The notes under the pieces are model-generated. The model had not been told where the DNA came from, did no database searches, and was given only the letters and a program-made list of their open reading frames with translations. Made by a program: the position numbers and the translations under genes. From NCBI GenBank assembly GCA_963793425.1, contig CAWCAG010000005.1, positions 832,001 through 896,000 of the forward strand: a stretch of DNA of 64,000 bases. Direction: 5' to 3'. This DNA comes from an uncultured cyanobacterium. GTDB taxonomy: Bacteria; Cyanobacteriota; Cyanobacteriia; Cyanobacteriales; CAWCAG01. Numbering within the stretch: the first letter of the stretch is position 1; every line of letters starts with the position of its first letter. Below are positions 10,784 through 21,037 of the stretch, piece after piece.

Positions 10784-10823
10784 ATATATAGTATTACCCA
10801 GATATAAATAAACCTGCCCTTAC
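10764..10823. repeat. GTAG-type REP-like palindrome overlapping the ATPase stop
   Basis: GTAGGGGCAGGTTT ... AAACCTGCCCTTAC. Confidence 0.7.
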
Positions 10824-10891
10824 TACCAACAGATAAATTTTAATCAATGGGAGGATGTTAGGCTTTTAAACAAAATCTTCCACCTCTAAGC

Positions 10892-11727
10892 ATGACTAAC
10901 TCCATAAATAAAAAAGCTTTATTAATTATCTCCGTTGCCTCAATTGTCATTTTCTTCCTGCCCCAATTCTTTGGCAACTACTAACCTCTTTTAAAGTTAA
11001 TGAAGATATTTCCGCTATCCCTAACGTTTATTTACCAACTCGTTTTACTTTAGGACATTATCAAGAACTATTTAGCCGTCGCCCCTTTATCCTCTATATT
11101 TTAAATAGCGCTCTTGTCTCCATCACCTCAACCCTTCTCTGCTTAGCATTAGGCGCACCCGCAGCTTATGCTTTAGCAAGATTAAAGTTGCCAGGAGAAC
11201 AAATTATTCTGGGGGCAATCTTAATTATCACCCTTTTCCCCTACGTCTTATTGTTCCTGGGTTTATTAGAAATAGTTAAAGCTGTGGGTTTAGGCAATAA
11301 CTATCTCGCTTTGATCATTCCCTACACAGCCATCAATTTACCCTTAACTATTTTGGTAATGCGTAGCTTTTTCCAACAACTTCCCAAAGATTTAGAGGAT
11401 GCGGCGAAAGTAGACGGTTACAAAACTCTACAAATGCTTTTTAAGATAGTTTTACCCATGACAATCCCGGCTTTAGTAACTACCGGGATTCTTACTTTTA
11501 TTTTCGCTTGGAATGAATATATCTTTGCCCTAACTTTCATCACCCGCGAAACCATGAAAACTATTCCTGTGGCAACAGCACAAATAGGAGGAGCATCAGT
11601 ATTTGAAATTCCCTACGGCCCCATCGCCGCCGCCACAGTTTTAGGAACCCTACCTTTAGTTATCTTAGTTTTACTATTCCAACGTCGTATTGTCCAAGGA
11701 TTAACCGCAGGGGCTGTTAAAGGTTGA
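10892..11727 (+). CDS. Carbohydrate ABC transporter permease (MalG-like), single-base frameshift near 10970
   Basis: ATG 10892 MTNSINKKALLII..FFL continues in -1 frame PILWQLLTSFK..NSALVS..; EAA motif LEDAAKVDG; WNEY; GLTAGAVKG. Confidence 0.85.
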
Positions 11728-11784
11728 TGGAGCTGGGGAGCTAGGGTGAGAGCAACTAGCCACTAGCCACTAGCAATTAGCAAA

Positions 11785-12219
11785 TTAAGGCTTCTGTTGA
11801 GAGATAGAGAGTTGAAAAGAATGTTGAGCGCCTGAGAGATCCCCTACGCTAATTTTATAAACTCCTTCGGTGAACAAACCAGACATTTCCGGCTTGCCAG
11901 AAAAACTATCTGGTAAAAGGCAAAAACGACCACTAGGCCCATCGACAATTAAAGTAGGTTGCCCTTCTGCTTCTACACTAACTCGCATATAATCAATACG
12001 TTCAGTGACATTAATTACCTGATTGGGGGTATCAGCAACTGAACCGCAATCTCCGGAATTCACAGAACCGCCAGACATTCCTGATAAGGTGATTGGTGCT
12101 GAACTAGAATCTTTACTTACGGTGGTAACTTTGCCTTGACCAACCGCTACTCCTGTACCTAGTAAGGTCATAACTAAGGTCGCAGGTAGGAATGCTTTTT
12201 TGATGATTGTGTCGATCAT
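11785..12219 (-). CDS. Secreted hypothetical protein
   Basis: Signal peptide-like N-terminus, two Cys, beta-rich body. Confidence 0.75.
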   Translation of the reverse strand: MIDTIIKKAFLPATLVMTLLGTGVAVGQGKVTTVSKDSSSAPITLSGMSGGSVNSGDCGSVADTPNQVINVTERIDYMRVSVEAEGQPTLIVDGPSGRFCLLPDSFSGKPEMSGLFTEGVYKISVGDLSGAQHSFQLSISQQKP

Positions 12220-12444
12220 GGTTTTCTCGACCTCTTAAACTAGGTTTGCTTGGTAATAAATCTAGTATCTGAGAAAATATCTCCAATTAGTTAGAGGTAT
12301 GTTCCTGTTTAGTAACTGTCCAAGTCCAAAAAAAGGCAAAATGTAGAAATAACTCCCTAGGCAAAATTAAATAAGATGAGAAAATTTAGCTACGATCTTT
12401 AGTATGACCTCTTAATTTACCAAAGTACTGACACTGAGATAAAG

Positions 12445-12789
12445 ATGAATAGTCCAGAAAGACCCGACTTAGAGCAGAGATTTAAAGAGTTAGAAAGAGA
12501 AGTTAACCAAACTTCATCTACTTCTGGCAATAAATCCACAGAAGTAGAATCCTCTCTGCCCCGCCACGATGAATTTTCCTTAGAACAAACTTTTGAGCGT
12601 TTACAAACTTGGTTTCAGGGGCTGCCCACCATAGCGAAAGTAGCTGTAGCTGTTGTGGCAGCGATGATTGGGTTTTCTTTATTAAACACAGTTTTGAAGG
12701 TTGTGACCTCCCTACTCAGCCTCGCAATCATGGGAGTTGTGCTTTACTTGCTTTATAAGTTCTTCCTTGCACCACGCTCTTCAGAATAG
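12445..12789 (+). CDS. Hypothetical membrane protein
   Basis: 114 aa, two C-terminal hydrophobic helices. Confidence 0.8.
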   Translation: MNSPERPDLEQRFKELEREVNQTSSTSGNKSTEVESSLPRHDEFSLEQTFERLQTWFQGLPTIAKVAVAVVAAMIGFSLLNTVLKVVTSLLSLAIMGVVLYLLYKFFLAPRSSE

Positions 12790-12828
12790 AATGGGTGAAA
12801 TCAGTACTCGCAGCGTGGGATTTTCTCC

Positions 12829-15015
12829 ATGGCTAACCCGACAATTAAAAGAGGTAAGAAGCGGGTAGGTAGTAGTTATTTACCTCGACCCTTACCTGTT
12901 AGTTTATCATTAATGGCTCGACGCTCTACCGCTTGGTTAGTAGAAGTGTCGATGGTTGCTACGAGTGCTTTGATTCCCTATGGTATTGGTGTTTATATCC
13001 ACCACCATACTGAGCAAAAATCCGTTCCCCTTCATCCTGGGCTAGTAATTACCAAAGAAGTTACCGAAAAAGCCCTGGCCTTATCCCCAGCCCAGGAAAG
13101 ACAGCCCTTAGTTGCCCCTTTGACTAATTTATTGTGGTGGACAGCATTAGGTACTCCGGTTATCTTTTCCGCTTGGCAACTTTATCTTTTAAGCAAAACG
13201 GGTCAAACCCTGGCTAAAAGATGGTTTGGGGTACGGGTGGTTACGGCTGCTGGTGCTGCACCTGGTTTGGGGCGATTACTCTTGCGCGAAGGAGTGGGGC
13301 GCTGGGGTTTACCTGTGGGTACAGGTTATCTAATTTGGCGTTATTTGGGGGCTTTTCCCGATTTAGGTATTTTGCTAGGATTGACGGGGGTAATGTTAAT
13401 AGCAGAGGCTTTATCTTTCAGTGGTCGTCATCGCCGTCGCAGTTTTCATGACCGCCTAGCTGGGACTTATGTGGTTGATGGTAAGGATGATTTTACTAAC
13501 AATCACTACTCAAACCAAACCGCTAGAGTTGTCGAAGTACAAACTAATTGGCAAAATCGAGAACAAGTCTCCTCTGAAGATAATTTTACTACTATAGTTC
13601 TCACGGCCAAAACGGAGGAACAGAACTTCTCTTTCTGGCGATGGATGCGTAATCACCCTGGTTTAACCCTCTTAATTATCTCCTCCGGGGCCTTATTAGC
13701 AATACTAGGAACTTTTGTAGGAACACAAATTTATATTCAAAGCCAAGCTAATCAACGAGAATTTAAGCAGCAAAAAAATGAAACCTTTCTCGCCCTAGTT
13801 AAGCAACTTAGTTCTACTTCTAGTCAGAGTGTTGAGGAGCGCCGGGGGACAATTTTGGCCCTGGCGAGGTTAGAAGATAATCGTGCTGCTCCTATGTTAG
13901 TAGACTTATTGAGCCAGGAGGAGAATCCGACTTTAATTGAAGCTATCAAACAAGCTTTAGTTAGTATTGGCCCAGCTTCTTTGCCTCCTTTACAACGCCT
14001 AAACCAATCTTTACAACATGATAGGGAAACTTTACAAAAAAGCAATTCCTCAGCCGAGGAATTGTTAGTAACCTTACGATTGCAAACAACCCAACGGGCG
14101 ATCGCAAAACTTTTAAGTATTTATAGTGATGAAAAAGTGAGTTTCAATCTCAATCGCGTTAATTTGGGCTATCTCAGTACTGACTACAATCAATTTACCT
14201 TAGTGTTAGAAGAAACTGAGTTGTCGCGCCTTAATTTTAGAGGTGCTAATTTGGCTCAAGCTAGCTTTCGGGGCAGTAACTTCCACAGCCCAGGGAAAGA
14301 TAAGCGTTGGGGGACTTATGACGATGCGATCGCTGATCTGGATGGGGCGAATTTAAAAAAAGCTGATCTCAGAGGAGCTAACTTAAGTAAAGTCTCTCTG
14401 AATCGCGTTAACTTGATGCAGTCTACCCTCAACAGGGCTAACTTAAGCAAAGCTAACTTAAACGGGGCCAACTTAAGCAGCGCTCAAATTATTAATACGA
14501 ATCTCCAAGGAGCAAACTTACAAAATGCTAGCCTCACAGGGGCTGAGTTAGGGTCAGGAGAATTTGAGCAAGCTAATCTTCAAGGAGCCAATTTAGGTGA
14601 GGTACAAGCCCCAGGAGCGCAGTTTAACCAAGCTAATTTAACTCAATCTAATTGGCAAAATGCTAATTTAGCAGAGGTTAGTTTCAAAGATGCCAATTTG
14701 CAAGAAGCAGACTTAAGTAATACTCAACTGAAAGGGGCAAACTTAAGCAATACTCAACTGCAAAACGCCAACCTTCAAGGCGCAAACTTAACTAAAGCAG
14801 ATTTACAGGGAGCCAACCTAACTAATGCAAACTTCCAGGGAGTTGTTTTTGTGGAACAGAAAGAAACCACAAAAGAGCAATTTTTGCAAGCCCCTAACCT
14901 TAATAAATCTGCTGCTCAAATTGAGGGAGCAAACTTCTCTAGAGTCAAGAATCTCAGCAAAAAACAAATAGCTTTTATCTGCGATCGCGGCGGCAAGCAT
15001 CCTCAATGTCGCTGA
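12829..15015 (+). CDS. RDD-family membrane domain + HEAT-like segment + pentapeptide repeat protein
   Basis: GQTLAKRWFGVRVV and FHDRLAGTYVV (RDD); long A(N/D)L repeats at C-terminus. Confidence 0.9.
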   Translation: MANPTIKRGKKRVGSSYLPRPLPVSLSLMARRSTAWLVEVSMVATSALIPYGIGVYIHHHTEQKSVPLHPGLVITKEVTEKALALSPAQERQPLVAPLTNLLWWTALGTPVIFSAWQLYLLSKTGQTLAKRWFGVRVVTAAGAAPGLGRLLLREGVGRWGLPVGTGYLIWRYLGAFPDLGILLGLTGVMLIAEALSFSGRHRRRSFHDRLAGTYVVDGKDDFTNNHYSNQTARVVEVQTNWQNREQVSSEDNFTTIVLTAKTEEQNFSFWRWMRNHPGLTLLIISSGALLAILGTFVGTQIYIQSQANQREFKQQKNETFLALVKQLSSTSSQSVEERRGTILALARLEDNRAAPMLVDLLSQEENPTLIEAIKQALVSIGPASLPPLQRLNQSLQHDRETLQKSNSSAEELLVTLRLQTTQRAIAKLLSIYSDEKVSFNLNRVNLGYLSTDYNQFTLVLEETELSRLNFRGANLAQASFRGSNFHSPGKDKRWGTYDDAIADLDGANLKKADLRGANLSKVSLNRVNLMQSTLNRANLSKANLNGANLSSAQIINTNLQGANLQNASLTGAELGSGEFEQANLQGANLGEVQAPGAQFNQANLTQSNWQNANLAEVSFKDANLQEADLSNTQLKGANLSNTQLQNANLQGANLTKADLQGANLTNANFQGVVFVEQKETTKEQFLQAPNLNKSAAQIEGANFSRVKNLSKKQIAFICDRGGKHPQCR

Positions 15016-15073
15016 TGTTTTGCGAAGAGATGGGGAGCTAGGGAGATGGGGAAGTGACAAATTAAAATAATGT

Positions 15074-15254
15074 GTTCCCCGCAACGCCGTCTTACCTCAG
15101 TTTATGACCTGGGAAACCCAGGTGGGTATCGACGCTCATCGTTTTTAGTTTCCGGGTACTTGCCCGGTTTACTGCCACAAGAGCTGTTGATTCCCTTATA
15201 AATCAAGCATAGATCAAAAAACGCTATTGGCAGTCACCAACGTCGCAGTAGAAC
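15074..15254 (-). ncRNA. ssaA: Cyanobacterial 6S RNA (SsaA)
   Basis: Minus strand GTTCTACTGCGACGTTGGTGACTGCCAATAGCG...ACCCACCTGG..CAGG..ACTGAGGTAAGACGGCGTTGCGGGGAAC; self-complementary ends and motifs recalled from cyanobacterial 6S RNA. Confidence 0.85.
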
Positions 15255-15340
15255 TTTTCTTATTTTAATAGGTTTTTTAAGGATTGGCGAGGATCTTGTT
15301 GAGACAGCGAAACTTGGTAGCTTGTAGTAGCTTGTATATG

Positions 15341-15409
15341 AATAAACCGGGTTTGTGATCAGCTTTCTTAGGCAAAAAGAAAAGAAGCTTCTGGACAACC
15401 CGGCTTATT
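15341..15409. repeat. Intergenic inverted repeat (AAACCGGGTTT family)
   Basis: AATAAACCGGGTT ... AACCCGGCTTATT. Confidence 0.6.
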
Positions 15410-15441
15410 TAACAATTTAACTTTTAATTAATTACCAATCA

Positions 15442-15711
15442 TTACCATTTGCGATCGCCATCTTCATCAACCCTGGCTTGACGAACAACATCAGAAATCT
15501 CTTCGTCATCCTTGATGTGATGTAAAGCCTTTTCTTCCCCATCTTCATCTTTAACTTTTACATAAGCAGGTACTTCTAAATGTTCCCCTGTAATATCTCC
15601 TGTATCGACAGCGAGTTGTTGAGATTTTTCCTCTACTGATTGAGGCTCTTCTTTGATGCGATCGCCGGGATTAATTGGTGCATCTTTTCCGGTTTTACTT
15701 TCATTACTCAT
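15442..15711 (-). CDS. Acidic hypothetical protein
   Basis: 89 aa ORF with AGGAG upstream on minus strand. Confidence 0.75.
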   Translation of the reverse strand: MSNESKTGKDAPINPGDRIKEEPQSVEEKSQQLAVDTGDITGEHLEVPAYVKVKDEDGEEKALHHIKDDEEISDVVRQARVDEDGDRKW

Positions 15712-15757
15712 TGAATAAATACTCCTAAATTTGTTTGCTTAAAGCAAAAAACTGCTA

Positions 15758-16471
15758 TTAAGTTTTAATTTTCTCAGCTATCTCTAAACTTACAATACAA
15801 GTTAATAACCAAACTAAACCAGCAGCATAACCAGCTACAATGTCAGTTGGCCAATGAACTCCTAAATAGAGACGAGTAAAGCCTATGGTAATTACCAACA
15901 CCGAAGCAACAATAGCAATAGTGTTTCGCCAAGCCTCAAAGCGACGCATTAGCCAGTAGCCAATAAAACCATAAATCACTAAAGAAATCATGGCATGACC
16001 ACTAGGAAAACTTTGATAGCTAACATCAATAATACGGTCCCAAAGAGCTGGCCTTTCTCTGGCAAATAGGTCTTTGAGTAAAAAATTCAGCCCTAAAGCA
16101 CCTACTGCGGTTATTACTAACGTGATAGCATCAGCCCACTTCCGCTTCCAGAATAAAAACACCCCAAATACCAAGCTTAAAATTGTCAAGATAAAAGGAT
16201 CTCCTAATGTGGTGATGCCGATGACAATTTTGTTCAACAAGGGTGTATGAATCTGCTGGATAGCTAATAATATAGAGGTGTCTAAGGCTTGGGTTTCTTG
16301 CTCTAAAACTTCCTCGGCAATTTCAGCAAATCCCCAAATAGCAAAGGCCGCAGTTACCAAACCGCCTATAATCACTGCTGAAAACAGAGGGGCTAATTCT
16401 ACAGTAATTTTCTGTTTCCAAGTTTGGATTAGCTTTCTGCTTAAATTGAAAAGAGGACTTTTGAAAGGCAT
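15758..16471 (-). CDS. PAP2-family membrane phosphatase
   Basis: KDLFARERP, SFPSGH, TRLYLGVHWPTD motifs. Confidence 0.95.
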   Translation of the reverse strand: MPFKSPLFNLSRKLIQTWKQKITVELAPLFSAVIIGGLVTAAFAIWGFAEIAEEVLEQETQALDTSILLAIQQIHTPLLNKIVIGITTLGDPFILTILSLVFGVFLFWKRKWADAITLVITAVGALGLNFLLKDLFARERPALWDRIIDVSYQSFPSGHAMISLVIYGFIGYWLMRRFEAWRNTIAIVASVLVITIGFTRLYLGVHWPTDIVAGYAAGLVWLLTCIVSLEIAEKIKT

Positions 16472-16734
16472 AGGTAAGTTGATATTTTATTGATAGTTAT
16501 TTGCAGAACTGCTATAAAAGGGGAAACAATAATTCTCTTTCTTAGTAGTTAATTTAAGTTTTTAACTTCAACTGCTATCGAACTTTGCCTAACTGTCATT
16601 CAGTACCTCTTGAGATAATGGCTGATTAGCTTTGCTGAGTATAACTTAAGCCAAGTTCCCAGCACTTCTATGAAAAGACAGAAACTTGAGTCTTAATACA
16701 AAACTTTTTTCTATCCCAAGGTATATCAAATTAA

Positions 16735-19293
16735 TTATTTATTTCCCCAAAGCTTGATTGTGCCATCAGCACTACCAGTTATTAAGGTTTCACCACCAGG
16801 AGCAAAAGCCAGGGCAAGTACATCTCCTGAATGTCCAGAAAGGCTATGGCATAACTCTCCGGTTTCTAAATGCCAAAAGTTAATTTTATCGAGACTGGTA
16901 CTAGCTAAAATCTGACCATCAGGACTAAAAGCTAAAGACAAAGCCCCATCCAAGTTACCCCACAGGGTTTGAATTAATTCTCCGGTACTGAGATGCCAAA
17001 GTTTAATAGTTTTGTCTTGGATGCCGCCGCTAGTGGCTAGGGTTTGGCTATCAGGATTGGTAGCTAAAGTTAAGGCGAGATCCAAATGTCCTTGTATGCT
17101 ATAAATTAACTCTTGGGGATTAAGACTCCAGGCATTAATGTTTTTATCACCGCAGCTAATTAAACTTTCTCCATCAGGACTAAAGGCGATCGCGGCTGTA
17201 CCTCCTTGATGTCCAGGAAAACGACGGCTACTTGAGTTATTGAAAAGGTTCTTAAAAACAATATAATTATCCCAACCTCCCCAAGCAATACCTTGGCTAT
17301 CGGGGCTAAAAACCACATTGAAAATACCCTCATCATTGCTAGAAAAGGTTTTTAGGCACGCACCGCTAGCAGTATGCCAAAGGCGGACTGTTTGATCTTT
17401 ACTGGCACTAGCTAACATTTTACCATCGCCACTCATTGCCAAAGAAGTGACAGCATCGGTATGCACAGGAATACTACGTAACCATTCCCCACCAGGTAAC
17501 TGCCAGAAACGCAAACTATGATCCTGACTGCCACTAACCAAGGTTTTGCTATCAGGACTAATTGCTAAAGAAGTAACTCCTGCTGAATGTCCTGTGAGGG
17601 TAGCCAGAATAGCGAAATCGAAGTAAGGTTGAGATTGCTTTGGTGTTTGCTGAACTACAGGTTCAACTTCAATAAGAGATTCAATCACCGGAATCTCCTT
17701 TTGCATAGTTCCTAAAACTGCTGCATCACTAGGAAAAATTCCTGGTTCTAGATTCAGGGAAGTAGATGTAAGGGGTTGAGTAGTTTCTTTATGGACAATC
17801 ACCCGCTTCATAACTAAATCAGTAATTGTGATCACTAATTCCTGGTTAGCATCAACTTCAAATCTCACTTGAAGCCGGTTTTTATTTAATTCTCCCGGTG
17901 GTTGTAAAGGGAGCAGGTAAGATTGCTGTTGCGGATTAACAAGGGGAGTAAAGTCAATCTGCTTATGAGACTGACTTTGCATCATTTGATTATTCAACTC
18001 AAAAGTGACTTCCCCCTGTACCATCTCCCTCATTTCCCCAATATCCAAACGTATTTCTTGCTGTCCTGCTGTAGCAACTTGTAAGTTAAGGGGTTTCTGC
18101 AAGCGGCAAGGATATGGAATTCCCGGCTTAAACAAGTTGAGGTAAGCATAATTTTCCGCTTCCGGTTGCCACAGGCGAATACCATAACCGTAGCTGAGAG
18201 TATGATTGTTTGTAGTAGTACCTTGAGTAAAAGCTAATGCACCTCTAACCACGGCTTCTAGGGGTTGATGTGGTTTCAGCCGCTCTGCCCCGAAGTAATT
18301 AGCAACAAACTCTTGTACCCCAGGAATTAAACAGCTACCTCCCACTAAAAGAATGCTATCAATCTTGTCTTGACTCATGCCTTTACGTAGGGCAGTTTCT
18401 CTTACTTCATCTAAGACTTGCTGTATTTGCTTAAACAACCCTTCGCTTTGAAAAAGTTGTCCTAACTCTTCTCTTGTTAAGCTAATTTCTCCTTCTTCCC
18501 AACTTACCTCAGCTTCCTGGGCTAGGGAAAGTTGTATTTTTAACTTTTCTGCGGCAGCTAATAAACTATGCCAACGCCCCTGTTTAAGTTGTTGGCAGTC
18601 AGAAGCAATTTTAACGAGATAATCTTGGGCTATCCAAGTATCAATATCTATCCCCCCTAAGTAAGCCTCTGCTGTAGTGATTATTTGAGCTTGATCAGGA
18701 GTATCTACGGTAACTAAGCTGACATCTAAAGTCCCCCCACCAAAATCTATCCCTAAGATAGTCGCCTTGGGTTGAGTGATGCCATAACCCCAAGCTGCGG
18801 CACTAGCTTCATCCACAATTTGCAGTTGAGGAAAGTTGAGCTTTTTACCAATAGTTTTAAACAGATCAACGTAGCGCTCAAAATTACCTACAGGTGCTGT
18901 AAGAATCATCTGAGTTGGTACAATATTTTGGGCAGTTATTTGTTGCCAAAGCTGCCCTAAAAACAACTCAATCAGATACTCTGGTGTATAAACTTTCCCC
19001 TCAACTTGTTGATCTGGAGAACGATATTCGGCCGCAATATCTCTTTTAAAACCAGTAAATAATCTTTCTGTTTGACTCGTTTGCAACCACTGAGATCGCC
19101 CTGCTTCCCCAAATAAGAGGTTGCCATTTTCTTGCACAAATACCAAACTTGGTACAACATTAACAGTACCAGAATCAACCAAAAAACTGCGGGAAATTTC
19201 AGGGAATTGTAGTACTCTGGGAACTTGAGTTGTAGAGTCTTGGAGACAAATGAGAGTATTGCTAGTACCGAAATCAATAGCAACAGTAGTCAC
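16735..19293 (-). CDS. Hsp70-like ATPase fused to WD40 repeats
   Basis: AIDFGTSNT, DFGGGTLD, LVGGS Hsp70 motifs; ~7 GH..W WD40 repeats. Confidence 0.9.
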   Translation of the reverse strand: MTTVAIDFGTSNTLICLQDSTTQVPRVLQFPEISRSFLVDSGTVNVVPSLVFVQENGNLLFGEAGRSQWLQTSQTERLFTGFKRDIAAEYRSPDQQVEGKVYTPEYLIELFLGQLWQQITAQNIVPTQMILTAPVGNFERYVDLFKTIGKKLNFPQLQIVDEASAAAWGYGITQPKATILGIDFGGGTLDVSLVTVDTPDQAQIITTAEAYLGGIDIDTWIAQDYLVKIASDCQQLKQGRWHSLLAAAEKLKIQLSLAQEAEVSWEEGEISLTREELGQLFQSEGLFKQIQQVLDEVRETALRKGMSQDKIDSILLVGGSCLIPGVQEFVANYFGAERLKPHQPLEAVVRGALAFTQGTTTNNHTLSYGYGIRLWQPEAENYAYLNLFKPGIPYPCRLQKPLNLQVATAGQQEIRLDIGEMREMVQGEVTFELNNQMMQSQSHKQIDFTPLVNPQQQSYLLPLQPPGELNKNRLQVRFEVDANQELVITITDLVMKRVIVHKETTQPLTSTSLNLEPGIFPSDAAVLGTMQKEIPVIESLIEVEPVVQQTPKQSQPYFDFAILATLTGHSAGVTSLAISPDSKTLVSGSQDHSLRFWQLPGGEWLRSIPVHTDAVTSLAMSGDGKMLASASKDQTVRLWHTASGACLKTFSSNDEGIFNVVFSPDSQGIAWGGWDNYIVFKNLFNNSSSRRFPGHQGGTAAIAFSPDGESLISCGDKNINAWSLNPQELIYSIQGHLDLALTLATNPDSQTLATSGGIQDKTIKLWHLSTGELIQTLWGNLDGALSLAFSPDGQILASTSLDKINFWHLETGELCHSLSGHSGDVLALAFAPGGETLITGSADGTIKLWGNK

Positions 19294-19390
19294 TGCATTT
19301 CTTGAAACAGGGGTTTATCAATTCCAGTTTAGATCGTTGTTTGAAGTTTCCGCCAATAATTGATCCCAAATCGGTGTTTAGGAGCACAGA

Positions 19391-20641
19391 TTATTTATGT
19401 AGAAGATTAATTGCTTGAGAGTTGGTTAAATTGAGTAACCTGACATCTCCTAATTCGAGGACTCGTTGAGGAACTTCTTGCTTAACTCCCAAAGCCTCCA
19501 GCACTTGATGCCCTAAAACCCTAGCTAGTAATGGGGGAACAGCATTTCCTACTTGGCGGAAACCGTGCCATTTTGTGCCATGAAGACGGAACCAGTCAGG
19601 AAAAGAATGCAATCGGGCTGCTTCTCTTACTGAGATCACCCTGTGGTATTGGGGATGAAGAGGACGAGGAGAAGTATAGCTACCTCTTTCTGCCCCTGTC
19701 CCTGCTCTTAAAGTGTGACAAGGTTTGTCCCAAACCAATCTTTGTAGATGGCTGATTCTTTCCCTTTTTCCTGGGAGAGTCTGGCAAAAACGGTTGAGAG
19801 AATTTGTCGTATGTTGGGTTTGGCAAGAACTAGTTAACTTAGTTCTGTTCCAGATACGTTTATAAGCAAAATTGTGGGGATCATCAATTATGCCTCGTAG
19901 GATTTTAACATAATTGCTGGCCCCTGCTTCCCAAATTTCCACTTGTTCTGGTTCTAAATCTACCTCATCGCTAGTTCGTAGTTCCAGGAAATCATCAAGA
20001 TTAGGTAAATCAGCGATCGCCTCCTTAACTGTCGTTGGCTGGGGGGTTAATTCTCCTGTAGGATAAGTTAAAGCTGTTTCTCCTCTTCTTGTCCCCAAAA
20101 GAAACAATCGCTGGCGTTCTTGGGGAACTCCGTAGGCAGAGGCGTTAAGTATTTGTATGGGTTCTGCTAACTGATAACCTGCTGCTTTGAACTCTTCTTT
20201 TAGCCCCGTTAAAATGGCAGCATACTTCTTTTGGGTCAAACCAGGAACATTCTCCATAATGAAGTAACGAGGTTGCAGTTCCTTGACTAAACGACAAAAG
20301 TGAAAGATTAAGTTATTGCGCTCATCTTTTAAGTTTCGTTTACCCATCACCGAAAAACCTTGACAAGGTGGCCCACCTATGAGTAAGCCAATTTCTTGGT
20401 TGAGGCTTTTTTCAATCTCTTGCCCAGAAAGAGTCGCAATATCAGCCCATAACACCTTGCTGTCAGGGAAATTAAACTGATGTACAGCCCCATGAACAGG
20501 GTCTTTTTCCACTGCGATCGCAACATCAAATCCTGCTTGTTCAATACCTAAAGAAAATCCCCCAGCACCAGCAAATAAGTCCACTGCTACGGGGCGGCAG
20601 TGAACTTCGGGGGGCTGGATACTGGGAAGATTAAAAGACAA
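19391..20641 (-). CDS. Orphan C5 DNA cytosine methyltransferase
   Basis: DLFAGAGG, GGPPCQGFS, ENV, QERQR, GNAVPP motifs; no restriction endonuclease adjacent. Confidence 0.95.
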   Translation of the reverse strand: MSFNLPSIQPPEVHCRPVAVDLFAGAGGFSLGIEQAGFDVAIAVEKDPVHGAVHQFNFPDSKVLWADIATLSGQEIEKSLNQEIGLLIGGPPCQGFSVMGKRNLKDERNNLIFHFCRLVKELQPRYFIMENVPGLTQKKYAAILTGLKEEFKAAGYQLAEPIQILNASAYGVPQERQRLFLLGTRRGETALTYPTGELTPQPTTVKEAIADLPNLDDFLELRTSDEVDLEPEQVEIWEAGASNYVKILRGIIDDPHNFAYKRIWNRTKLTSSCQTQHTTNSLNRFCQTLPGKRERISHLQRLVWDKPCHTLRAGTGAERGSYTSPRPLHPQYHRVISVREAARLHSFPDWFRLHGTKWHGFRQVGNAVPPLLARVLGHQVLEALGVKQEVPQRVLELGDVRLLNLTNSQAINLLHK

Positions 20642-20675
20642 ATTACCAAAGGTTGTAACTTGACATGGTTAGATT

Positions 20676-20689
20676 AGCACAAATGTACT
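20676..20689. promoter_or_regulatory. LexA-like (cyanobacterial SOS) box
   Basis: AGCACAAATGTACT, one mismatch to RGTACNNNDGTWCB; lies within near-palindrome TAGCACAAATGTACTA. Confidence 0.6.
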
Positions 20690-20720
20690 ATTTTGAAGTT
20701 AAAGAAATTTTCCTTGGCCC

Positions 20721-20750
20721 TTGACAAGTTATGTAGTACTCGTGTAGTAT
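20721..20750 (+). promoter_or_regulatory. Sigma70-type promoter with overlapping second LexA-like box (20735-20748)
   Basis: TTGACA (20721-26), 18 nt spacer, TAGTAT (20745-50); AGTACTCGTGTAGT one mismatch to LexA consensus. Confidence 0.6.
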
Positions 20751-20810
20751 TAGAGCAACAAGACAAATCAAACATCTAAAACAACATACTCAAACAACCG
20801 CCTTGGTTAG

Positions 20811-21017
<207 letters not shown>

Positions 21018-21037
21018 GTTAAAACTAAAACTTTTTT

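Noticed and set aside
19391..20641. Restriction-modification system
   Set aside because: No endonuclease gene adjacent; orphan methyltransferase
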